Source of the DNA: the human T2T-CHM13v2.0 reference genome, Homo sapiens
Strand: one strand, 5' to 3'
Length of the DNA stretch: 64,000 nucleotides
Assembly: GCF_009914755.1 (NCBI RefSeq)
Contig: NC_060925.1
Below are positions 12,801-25,900 of the stretch, in pieces (the stretch's first letter is position 1; each line of letters opens with the position of its first letter). The notes beneath the pieces were generated by a model, which was given only the letters and a program-made list of their open reading frames with translations, was not told the origin of the DNA and searched no databases. Position numbers and translations under genes: made by a program.

Positions 12801-13999
12801 GTTTCTGAGAATGATTCTGTCTAGTTTTTATACGAATATATTTCCTTTTCTGCATTTGGCCCCAAAGCGCTTGAAATCTCCACTTGCAAATTCCACAAAA
12901 ACAGTGTTTCAAATCTGCTCTCTCTAAATGAAAGTTCAACTCTGTCAGTTGAATACACACAACACAAGGAAGTTACTGAGAATTCTTCTGTCTAGCATAA
13001 TATGAAGAAATCCCGTTTCCAACGAAGGCCTCAAAGGGGTCTGAATATCCACTTGCAGACTTTATAAACAGAGTGTTTACTAACTGCTCTAGGAAAAGAA
13101 AGGTTAAACTCTGTGAGTTGAACACACACATCACAAAGGAGTTTCTGAGAATCATTCTGTCTAGTTTTTCTACGAAGATATTTCCTTTTCTACTATTGAC
13201 CTCAAAGCGGCTGAAATCTCCACTTGCAAATTCCACAAAAAGAGTGTTTCAAGTCTGTTCTGTGTAAAGGATCGTTCAACTCTGTGAGTTGAATACACAC
13301 AACATAAGGAAGTTACTGAGAATTCTTCTGTCTAGCAGAATATGAAGAAATCCCGTTTCCAACGAAGGCCTCAAAGAGGTCTGAATATCCACTTGCAGAC
13401 TTTACACACAGAGTGTTTCCTAACTGCTCTATGAAAAGAAAGGTTAAACTCTGTGAGTTGAACGCACACATCACAAAGGAGTTTCTGAGAATCATTCTGT
13501 CTAGTTTCTATAGGAAGATATTTCCTATTCTACCATTGACCGCAAAGCGGCTGAAATCTCCACTTGCAAATTCCACAAAAAGAGTGTTTCAAGTCTGCTC
13601 TGTGTAAAGGATCCTTCAACTCTGTGAGTTGAATACACACAACACAAGGAAGTTACTGAGAATTATTCTGTCTAGCAGAATATGAAAAAATCCCGTTTCC
13701 AACGAAAGCCTCAAGGAGGTCTGAATATCCACTTGCAGACTTTACAAACAGAGTGTTTCCTAACTGCTCTATGAACAGAAAGGTTAAACTCTGTGAGTTG
13801 AACGCTCACATCACAAAGCAGTTTCTGAGAATCATTCTGTCTAGTCTTTATACGAAGATATTTACTTTTCTACCATTGACCTCAAAGCGGCTGAAATCTC
13901 CACTTGCAAATTCCACAAAAAGAGTGTTTCAAGTCTGCTCTGTGTAAAGGATCATTCAACTCTGTGAGTTGAATATACACAACACAAGGAAGTTACTGA

Positions 14000-16900
14000 G
14001 AATTCTTCTGTCTAGCAGAATATGAAGAAATCCCGTTTCCAACGAAGGCCTCTAGGAGGTCTGAATATCCACTTGCAGACTTTACAAACAGAGTGTTTCC
14101 TAACTGCTCTATGAAAAGAAAGGTTAAACTCTGTGAGTTGAACGCACACATCACAAAGGAGTTTATGAGAATCATTCTGTCTAGTTTCTATAAGAAGATA
14201 TTTCCTATTCTACCATTCACCTCAAAGCGGCTGAAATCTCCACTTGAAAATTCGACAAAAAGAGTGTTTCAAGCCTGCTCTCTGTAAAGGATCCTTCAAC
14301 TCGGTGAGTTGAATACACACAACACAAGGAAGTTACTGAGAATTATTCTGTCTAGCATAATATGAAGAAATCCCGTTTCCAACGAAGGCCTCAAAGAGGT
14401 CTGAATATCCACTTGCAGACTTTACAAACAGAGTGTTTCCTAACTGCTTTATGAGAAGAAAAGTTAAACTCTGTGAGTTGAACGCACACATCACAAAAGA
14501 TTTTCTGAGAATCATTCTGTCTAGTCTTTATATGAAGATAGTTTCCTTTTCTACCATTGACCTCAATGCGGCTGAAATCTCCACTTGCAAATTCCACAAA
14601 AAGTGTGTTTCAAGTCTGCTCTGTGTAAAGGATCGTTCAACTCTGTGAGTTGAATACACACAACACAAGGAAGTTACTGAGAATTCTTCTGTCTAGCAGA
14701 ATATGAAGAAATCCCGTTTCCAACGAAGGCCTCTAGGAGGTCTGAATATCCACTTGCAGACTTTACAAACAGAGTGTTTCCTAACTGCTCTATGAACAGA
14801 AAGGTTAAACTCTGTGAGTTGAACGAACACATCACAACGCAGTTTGTGGGAATGATTCTGTCTACTTTTGAAACGAAGATATTTCCTTTTCTGCCGTTGA
14901 CCTTAAAGCGCTTGAAATCTACACTTGCAAATTGCACAAATAGAGTGTTTCAAATCTGCTCTGTCTAAGGGAACGTTCAACTCTGTGAGTTGAATGCACA
15001 CAACACAAGGAAGTTACTGGGAATTCTTCTGTCTAGCCTTACATGAAAAAAACCCGTTTCCAACGAAGGCCTCAAAGAGGTCTGAATATCCACTTGCAGA
15101 CTTTACAAACAGAGTGTTTCCTAATGGCTCTATGAAAAGAAAAGTTAAACTCTGTGAGTTGAACGCACACATCACAAAGGAGTTTCTGAGAATCGTTGTG
15201 TCTAGTTTCTATAGGAAGATATTTCCTATTCTACCGTTGACCTCAAAGCGGCTGAAATCTCCAGTTGCAAATTCCACAAAAAGAATGTTTCAAGTCTGCT
15301 CTGTGTAAAGGATCGTTCAACTCTGTGAGTTGAATACACACAACACAAGGAAGTTACTGAGAATTATTCTGTCTAGCATAATATGAAGAAATCCCGTTTC
15401 CAACGAAGGCCTCAAAGAGGTCTGAATATCCACTTGCAGACTTTAAAAACAGAGTGTTTCCTAACTGCTCTATGAAAAGAAAAGTTAAACTTTGTGACTT
15501 GAACGCACACATCACAAAGGAGTTTATGAGAATCATTCTGTCTAGTCTTTATATGAAGATAGTTTCCTTTTCTACCATTGACCTCAAAGCGGCTGAAATC
15601 TCCACTTGCAAATTCCACAAAAAGAGTGTTTCAAGTCTGCTCTGTGTAAAGGATCGTTCAACTCTGTGAGTTGAATACACACAACACAAGGAAGTTACTG
15701 AGAATTCTTCTGTCTAGCAGAATATGAAGAAATCCCGTTTCCAACGAAGGCCTCAAGGAGGTCTGAATATCCACTTGCAGACTTTACAAACAGAGTGTTT
15801 CCTAACTGCTCTATGAACAGAAAGGTTAAACTCTGTGAGTTGAACGAACACATCACAACGCAGTTTGTGGGAATGATTCTGTCTAGTTTTGAAACGAAGA
15901 TATTTCCTTTTCTGCCATTGACCTTAAAGCGCTTGAAATCTACACTTGCAAATTGCACAAATAGAGTGTTTCAAATCTCCTCTCTCTAAGGGAACGTTCA
16001 ACTCTGTGAGTTGAATGCACACAACACAAGGAAGTTACTGGGAATTCTTCTGTCTAGCCTTACATGAAAAAAACCCGTTTCCAACGAAGGCCTCTAAGTG
16101 GTCAAAATATCCACGTGCAGACTTTACAAACAGAGTGTTTCCAAACCGCTGAATGAAAAGAAAAGTTAAACTCTGAGAGTTGAACGCACACATCACGCAG
16201 CAGTTTCTGAGAATGATTCTGTCTAGTTTTTATACGAAGATATTTCCTTTTCTGCCTTTGGCCCCAAAGCGCTTGAAATCTCCAATTGCAAATTCCACAA
16301 AAACAGTGTTTCAAATCTGCTCTCTCTAAATGAAAGTTCAACTCTGTCAGTTGAATACACACAACACAAGGAAGTTACTGAGAATTCTTCTGTCTAGCAT
16401 AATATGAAGAAATCCCGTTTCCAACGAAGGCCTCAAAGGGGTCTGAATATCCACTTGCAGACTTTATAAACAGAGTGTTTACTAACTGCTCTAGGAAAAG
16501 AAAGGTTAAACTCTGTGAGTTGAACACACACATCACAAAGGAGTTTCTGAGAATCATTCTGTCTAGTTTTTCTACGAAGATATTTCCTTTTCTACTATTG
16601 ACCTCAAAGCGGCTGAAATCTCCACTTGCAAATTCCACAAAAAGAGTGTTTCAAGTCTGCTCTGTGTAAAGGATCGTTCAACTCTGTGACTTGAATACAC
16701 ACAACACAAGGAAGTTACTGAGAATTCTTCTGTCTAGCAGAATATGAAGAAATCCCGTTTCCAACGAAGGCCTCAAAGAGGTCTGAATATCCACTTGCAG
16801 ACTTTACAAACAGAGTGTTTCCTAACTGCTCTATGAAAAGAAAGGTTAAACTCTGTGAGTTGAACGCACACATCACAAAGGAGTTTCTGAGAATCGTTCT

Positions 16901-19900
16901 GTCTAGTTTCTATAGGAAGATATTTCCTATTCTACCATTGACCTCAAAGCGGCTGAAATCTCCACTTGCAAATTCAACAAAAAGAATGTTTCAAGTCTGC
17001 TCTGTGTAAAGGATCGTTCAACTCTGTGAGTTGAATACACACAACACAAGGAAGTTACTGAGAATTCTTCTGTCTAGCAGAATATGAAGAAATCCCGTTT
17101 CCAACGAAGGCCACAAGATGTCAGAATATCCACTTACAGACTTTACAAACAGAGTGTTTCCTAACTGCTCTATGAACAGAAAGGTTAAACTCTGTGAGTT
17201 GAACGAACACATCACAACGCAGTTTGTGGGAATGATTCTGTCTAGTTTTGAAACGAAGATATTTCCTTTTCTGCCGTTGACCTTATAGAGCTTGAAAACT
17301 ACACTTGCAAATTGCACAAATAGAGTGTTTCAAATCTGCTCTGTCTAAGGGAACGTTCAACTCTGTGAGTTGAATGCACACAACACAAGGAAGTTACTGG
17401 GAATTCTTCTGTCTAGCCTTACATGAAAAAAACCCGTTTCCAACGAAGGCCTCTAAGTGGTCAAAATTTCCACGTGCAGACTTTACAAACAGAGTGTTTC
17501 CAAACCGCTGAATGAAAAGAAAAGTTAAACTCTGAGAGTTGAACGCACACATCACGCAGCAGTTTCTGAGAATGATTCTGTCTAGTTTTTATACGAAGAT
17601 ATTTCCTTTTCTGCCTTTGGCCCCAAAGCGCTTGAAATCTCCACTTGCAAATTCCACAAAAACAGTGTTTCAAATCAGCTCTCTCTAAATGAAAGTTCAA
17701 CTCTGTCAGTTGAATACACACAACACAAGGAAGTTACTGAGAATTCTTCTGTCTAGCATAATATGAAGAAATCCCGTTTCCAACGAAGCCCTCAAAGGGG
17801 TCTGAATATCCACATGCAGACTTTATAAACAGAGTGTTTACTAACTGCTCTATGAAAAGAAAGGTTAAACTCTGTGAGTTGAACACACACATCACAAAGG
17901 AGTTTCTGAGAATCATTCTGTCTAGTTTTTCTACGAAGATATTTCCTTTTCTACTATTGACCTCAAAGCGGCTGAAATCTCCACTTGCAAATTCTACAAA
18001 TAGAGTGATTCAAGTCTGCTCTGTGTAAAGGATCGTTCAACTCTGTGAGTTGAATACACACAACACAAGGAAGTTACTGAGAATTCTTCTGTCTAGCAGA
18101 ATATGAAGAAATTCCGTTTCCAACGAAGGCCTCAAAGAGGTCTGAATATCCACTTGCAGACTTTACAAACAAAGTGTTTCCTAACTGCTCTATGAAAAGA
18201 AAGGTTAAACTCTGTGAGTTGAACGCACACATCACAAAGGAGATTCTGAGAATCGTTCTGTCTAGTTTCTATAGGAAGATATTTCCTATTCTACCATTGA
18301 CCTCAAAGCGGCTGAAATCTCCACTTGCAAATTCCACAAAAAGAATGTTTCAAGTCTGCTCTGTGTAAAGGATCGTTCAACTCTGTGAGTTGAATACACA
18401 CAACACAAGGAAGTTACTGAGAATTCTTCTGTCTAGCATAATATGAAGAAATACCGTTTCCACCGAAGGCCTCAAAGAGGTCTGAATATCCACTTGCAGA
18501 CTTTACAAACAGAGTGTTTCCTAACTGCTCTATGAAAAGAAAGGTTAAACTCTGTGAGTTGAACGCACACATCACAAAGGAGTTTCTGAGAATCATTCTG
18601 TCTAGTTTCTATAGGAAGATATTTCCTATTCTACCATTGACCTCAAAGCGGCTGAAATCTCCACTTGCAAATTCCACAAAAAGAATGTTTCAAGTCTGCT
18701 CTGTGTAAAGGATCGTTCAACTCTGTGAGTTGAATACACACAACACAAGGAAGTTACTGAGAATTCTTCTGTCTAGCAGAATATGAAGAAATACCGTTTC
18801 CACCGAAGGCCTCAAGGAGGTCTGAATATCCACTTGCAGACTTTACAAACAGAGTGTTTCCTAACTGCTCTATGAACAGAAAGGTTAAACTCTGTGAGTT
18901 GAACGCACACATCACAAAGGAGTTTCTGAGAATCATTCTGTCTAGTCTTTATACGAAGATATTTCCTTTTCTACCATTGACCTCAAAGCGGCTGAAATCT
19001 CCACTTGCAAATTCCACAACAAGAGTGTTTCAAGTCTGCTCTGTGTAAAGGATCGTAAAACTCTGTGAGTTGAATACACACAACACAAGGAAGTTACTGA
19101 GAATTCTTCTGACTAGCAGAATATGAAGAAATCCCGTTTCCAACGAAGGTCTCAAGGAGGTCTGAATATCCACTTGCAGACTTTACAAACAGAGTGTTTC
19201 CTAACTGCTCTATGAACAGAAAGGTTAAACTCTGTGAGTTGAACGCACACATCACAAAAGAGTTTCTGAGAATCATTCTGTCTAGTCTTTATACGAAGAT
19301 ATTTCCTTTTGTACCATTGACATCAAAGCGGCTGAAATCTCCACTTGCAACTTCCACAAAAAGAGTGTTTCAAGTCTGCTCTGTGTAAAGGATCGTTCAA
19401 CTCTGTGAGTTGAATACACACAACACGAGGAAGTTACTGAGAATTCTTCTGTCTAGCAGAATATGAAGAAATCCCGTTTCCAAAGAAGGCCACAAGATGT
19501 CAGAATATCCACTTACAAACTTTACAGAGTGTTTCCTAACTGCTCTATGAACAGAAAGGTTAAACTCTGTGAGTTGAACGAACACATCACAACGCAGTTT
19601 GTGGGAATGATTCTGTCTAGTTTTGAAACGAAGATATTTCCTTTTCTGCCATTGACCTTAAAGCGCTTGAAATCTACACTTGCAAATTGCACAAATAGAG
19701 TGTTTCAAATCTGCTCTGTCTAAGGGAACGTTCAACTCTGTGAGTTGAATGCACACAACACAAGGAAGTTACTGGGAATTCTTCTGTCTAGCCTTACATG
19801 AAAAAAAACCCGTTTCCAACGAAGGCCTCTAAGTGGTCAAAATATCCACGTGCAGTCTTTACAAACAGAGTGTTTCCAAACCGCTGAATGAAAAGAAAAG

Positions 19901-22900
19901 TTAAACTCTGAGAGTTGAACGCACACATCACGCAGCAGTTTCTGAGAATGATTCTGTCTAGTTTTTATACGAAGATATTTCCTTTTCTGCCTTTGGCCCC
20001 AAAGCGCTTGAAATCTCCACTTGCAAATTCCACAAAAACAGTGTTTCAAATCTGCTCTCTCTAAATGAAAGTTCAACTCTGTCAGTTGAATACACACAAC
20101 ACAAGGAAGTTACTGAGAATTCTTCTGTCTAGCATAATATGAAGAAATCCCGTTTCCAACGAAGGCCTCAAAGGGGTCTGAATATCCACTTACAGACTTT
20201 ATAAACAGAGTGTTTACTAACTGCTCTAGGAAAAGAAAGGTTAAACTCTGTGAGTTGAACACACACATCACAAAGGAGTTTCTGAGAATCATTCTGTCTA
20301 GTTTTTCTACGAAGATATTTCCTTTTCTACTATTGACCTCAAAGCGGCTGAAATCTCCACTTGCATATTCCACAAAAAGAGTGTTTCAAGTCTGCTCTGT
20401 GTAAAGGATCGTTCAACTCTGTGAGTTGAATACACACAACACAAGGAAGTTACTGAGAATTCTTCTGTCTAGCAGAATATGAAGAAATCCCGTTTCCAAC
20501 GAAGGCCTCAAAGAGGTCTGAATATCCACTTGCAGACTTTACAAACAGAGTGTTTCCTAACTGCTCTATGAAAAGAAAGGTTAAACTCTGTGAGTTGAAC
20601 GCACACATCACAAAGGAGTTTCTGAGAATCGTTCTGTCTAGTTTCTATAGGAAGATATTTCCTATTCTACCATTGACCTCAAAGCGGCTGAAATCTCCAC
20701 TTGCAAATTCCACAAAAAGAGTGTTTCAAGTCTGCTCTGTGTAAAGGATCGTTCAACTCTGTGAGTTGAATACACACAACACAAGGAAGTTACTGAGAAT
20801 TATTCTGTCTAGCATAATATGAAGAAATCCCGTTTCCAACGAAGGCCTCAAAGAGGTCTGAATATCCACTTGCAGACTTTACAAACAGAGTGTTTCCTAA
20901 CTGCTCTATGAAAAGAAAAGTTAAACTCTGTGATTTGAATGCACACATCACAAAGGAGTTTATGAGAATCATTCTGTCTATTCTTTATACGAAGATATTT
21001 CCTATTCTACCATTGACCTCAAAGCGGCTGTAATCTCCACTTGCAAATTCCACAAAAAGAGTGTTTCAAGTCTGCTCTGTGTAAAGGATCGTTCAACTCT
21101 GTGAGTTGAATGCACACAACACAAAGAAGTTACTGAGAATTCTTCTGTCTAGCAGAATATGAAGAAATCCTGTTTCCAACGAAGGCGTCAAGGAGGTCTG
21201 AATATCCACTTGCAGACTTTACAAACAGAGTGTTTCCTAACTGCTCTATGAACAGAAAGGTTAAACTCTGTGAGTTGAACGCACACATCACAAAGGAGTT
21301 TCTGAGAATCATTCTGTCTAGTCTTTATACGAAGATATTTACTTTTCTACCATTGACCTCAAAGCGGCTGAAATCTCCACTTGCAAATTCCACAAAAAGA
21401 GTGTTTCAAGTCTGCTCTGTGTAAAGGATCATTCAACTCTGTGAGTTGAATATACACAACACAAGGAAGTTACTGAGAATTCTTCTGTCTAGCAGAATAT
21501 GAAGAAATCCCGTTTCCAACGAAGGCCTCAAGGAGGTCTGAATATCCACTTGCAGACTTTAGAAACAGAGTGTTTCCTAACTGCTCTATGAAAAGAAAGG
21601 TTAAACTCTGTGAGTTGAACGCACACATCACAAAGGAGTTTATGAGAATCATTCTGTCTAGTTTCTATAAGAAGATATTTCCTATTCTACCATTCACCTC
21701 AAAGCGGCTGAAATCTCCACTTGAAAATTCGACAAAAAGAGTGTTTCAAGCCTGCTCTCTGTAAAGGATCCTTTAACTCTGTGAGTTGAATACACACAAC
21801 ACAAGGAAGTTACTGAGAATTATTCTGTCTAGCAAAATATGAAGAAATCCCGTTTCCAACGAAGGCCTCAAAGAGGTCTGAATATCCACTTGCAGACTTT
21901 ACAAACAGAGTGTTTCCTAACTGCTCTATGAGAAGAAAAGTTAAACTCTGTGAGTTGAACGCACACATCACAAAAGATTTTCTGAGAATCATTCTGTCTA
22001 GTCTTTATATGAAGATAGTTTCCTTTTCTACCATTGACCTCAAAGCGGCTGAAATCTCCACTTGCAAATTCCACAAAAAGAGTGTTTCAAGTCTGCTCTG
22101 TGTAAAGGATCGTTCAACTCTGTGAGTTGTATACACACAACACAAGGAAGTTACTGAGAATTCTTCTGTCTAGCAGAATATGAAGAAATCCCGTTTCCAA
22201 CGAAGGCCTCTAGGAGGTCTGATTATCCACTTGCAGACCTTACAAACAGAGTGTTTCCTAACTGCTCTATGAACAGAAAGGTTAAACTCTGTGAGTTGAA
22301 CGAACACATCACAACGCAGTTTGTGGGAATGATTCTGTCTAGTTTTGAAACGAAGATATTTCCTTTTCTGCCGTTGACCTTAAAGAGCTTGAAAACTACA
22401 CTTGCAAATTGCACAAATAGAGTGTTTCAAATCTGCTCTGTCTAAGGGAACGTTCAACTCTGTGAGTTGAATGCACACAACACAAGGAAGTTACTGGGAA
22501 TTCTTCTGTCTAGCCTTACATGAAAAAAACCCGCTTCCAACGAAGGCCTCTAAGTGGTCAAAATTTCCACGTGCAGACTTTACAAACAGAGTGTTTCCAA
22601 ACCGCTGAACGAAAAGAAAAGTTAAACTCTGAGAGTTGAACGCACACATCACGCAGCAGTTTCTGAGAATGATTCTGTCTAGTTTTTATACGAAGATATT
22701 TCCTTTTCTGCCTTTGGCCCCAAAGCGCTTGAAATCTCCACTTGCAAATTCCACAAAAACAGTGTTTCAAATCTGCTCTCTCTAAATGAAAGTTCAACTC
22801 TGTCAGTTGAATACACACAACACAAGGAAGTTACTGAGAATTCTTCTGTCTAGCATAATATGAAGAAATCCCGTTTCCAACGAAGGCCTCAAAGGGGTCT

Positions 22901-25900
22901 GAATATCCACATGCAGACTTTATAAACAGAGTGTTTACTAACTGCTCTATGAAAAGAAAGGTTAAACTCTGTGAGTTGAACACACACATCACAAAGGAGT
23001 TTCTGAGAATCATTCTGTCTAGTTTTTCTACGAAGATATTTCCTTTTCTACTATTGACCTCAAAGCGGCTGAAATCTCCACTTGCAAATTCTACAAATAG
23101 AGTGATTCAAGTCTGCTCTGTGTAAAGGATCGTTCAACTCTGTGAGTTGAATACACACAACACAAGGAAGTTACTGAGAATTCTTCTGTCTAGCAGAATA
23201 TGAAGAACTCCCGTTTCCAACGAAGGCCTCAAAGAGGTCTGAATATCCACTTGCAGACTTTACAAACAGAGTGTTTCCTAACTGCTCTATGAAAAGAAAG
23301 GTTAAACTCTGTGAGTTGAACGCACACATCACAAAGGAGTTTCTGAGAATCGTTCTGTCTAGTTTCTATAGGAAGATATTTCCTATTCTACCATTGACCT
23401 CAAAGCGGCTGAAATCTCCACTTGCAAATTCCACAAAAAGAATGTTTCAAGTCTGCTCTGTGTAAAGGATCGTTCAACTCTGTGAGTTGAATACACACAA
23501 CACAAGGAAGTTACTGAGAATTCTTCTGTCTAGCAGAATATGAAGAAATACCGTTTCCACCGAAGGCCTCAAAGACGTCTGAATATCCACTTGCAGACTT
23601 TACAAACAGAGTGTTTCCTAACTGCTCTATGAAAAGAAAGGTTAAACTCTGTGAGTTGAACGCACACATCACAAAGGAGTTTCTGAGAATCATTCTGTCT
23701 AGTTTATATAGGAAGATATTTCCTATTCTACCATTGACCTCAAAGCGGCTGAAATCTCCACTTGCAAATTCCACAAAAAGAGTGTTTCAAGTCTGCTCTG
23801 TGTAAAGGATCGTTCAACTCTGTGAGATGAATACACACAACACAAGGAAGTTACTGAGAATTCTTCTGTCTAGCAGAATATGATGAAATACCGTTTCCAC
23901 GGAAGGCCTCAAGGAGGTCTGAATATCCACTTGCAGACTTTACAAACAGAGTGTTTCCTAACTGCTCTATGAACAGAAAGGTTAAACTCTGTGAGTTGAA
24001 CGCACACATCACAAAGGAGTTTCTGAGAATCATTCTGTCTAGTCTTTGTACGAAGATATTTCCTTTTCTACCATTGACCTCAAAGCGGCTGAAATCTCCA
24101 CTTGCAAATTCCACAACAAGAGTGTTTCAAGTCTGCTCTGTGTAAAGGATCGTACAACTCTGTGAGTTGAATACACACAACACAAGGAAGTTACTGAGAA
24201 TTCTTCTGTCTAGCAGAATATGAAGAAATCCCGTTTCCAACGAAGGTCTCAAGGAGGTCTGAATATCCACTTGCAGACTTTACAAACAGAGTGTTTCCTA
24301 ACTTCTCTATGAACAGAAAGGTTAAACTCTGTGAGTTGAACGCACACATCACAAAAGAGTTTCTGAGAATCATTCTGTCTAGTCTTTATACGAAGATATT
24401 TACTTTTGTACCATTGACATCAAAGCGGCTGAAATCTCCACTTGCAAATTCCACAAAAAGAGTGTTTCAAGTCTGCTCTGTGTAAAGGATCGTTCAACTC
24501 TGTGAGTTGAATACACACAACACAATGAAGTTACTGAGAATTCTTCTGTCTAGCAGAATATGAAGAAATCCCGTTTCCAACGAAGGCCTCAAAGAGGTCT
24601 GAATATCCACTTGCAGACTTTACAAACAGAGTGTTTCCTAACTGCTCTATGAAAAGAAAGGTTAAACCCTGTGAGTTGAACGCACACATCACAAAGGAGT
24701 TTCTGAGAATCGTTCTGTCTAGTTTCTATAGGAAGATATTTCCTATTCTACCATTGACCTCAAAGCGGCTGAAATCTCCACTTGCAAATTCCACAAAAAG
24801 AGTGTTTCAAGTCTGCTCTGTGTAAAGGATCGTTCAACTCTGTGAGTTGAATACACACAACACAAGGAAGTTACTGAGAATTATTCTGTCTAGCATAATA
24901 TGTAGAAATCCCGTTTCCAACGAAGGCCTCAAAGAGGTCTGAATATCCACTTGCAGACTTTACAAACAGAGTGTTTCCTAACTGCTCTATGAAAAGAAAA
25001 GTTAAACTCTGTGATTTGAACGCACACATCACAAAGGAGTTTATGAGAATCATTCTGTCTATTCTTTATACGAAGATATTTCCTTTTCTACCATTGACCT
25101 CAAAGCGGCTGTAATCTCCACTTGCACATTCCACAAAAAGAGTGTTTCAAGTCTGCTCTGTGTAAAGGATCGTTCAACTCTGTGAGTTGAATACACACAA
25201 CACAAAGAAGTTACTGAGAATTCTTCTGTCTAGCAGAATATGAAGAAATCCCGTTTCCAACGAAGGCCTCAAGGAGGTCTGAATATCCACTTGCAGACTT
25301 TACAAACAGAGTGTTTCCTAACTGCTCTATGAACAGAAAGGTTAAACTCTGTGAGTTGAACGCACACATCACAAAGGAGTTTATGAGAATCATTCTTTCT
25401 AGTTTCTATAAGAAGATATTTCCTATTCTACCATTCACCTCAAAGCGGCTGAAATCTCCACTTGAAAATGCGACAAAAAGAGTGTTTCAAGCCTGCTCTC
25501 TGTAAAGGATCCTTCAACTCGGTGAGTTGAATACACACAACACAAGGAAGTTACTGAGAATTATTCTGTCTAGCATAATATGAAGAAATCCCGTTTCCAA
25601 CGAAGGCCTCAAAGAGGTCTGAATATCCACTTGCAGACTTTACAAACAGAGTGTTTCCTAACTGCTCTATGAGAAGAAAAGTTAAACTCTGTGAGTTGAA
25701 CGCACACATCACAAAAGATTTTCTGAGAATCATTCTGTCTAGTCTTTATATGAAGATAGTTTCCTTTTCTACCATTGACCTCAATGCGGCTGAAATCTCC
25801 ACTTGCAAATTCCACAAAAAGAGTGTTTCAAGTCTGCTCTGTGTAAAGGATCGTTCAACTCTGAGAGTTGAATACACACAACACAAGGAAGTTACTGAGA

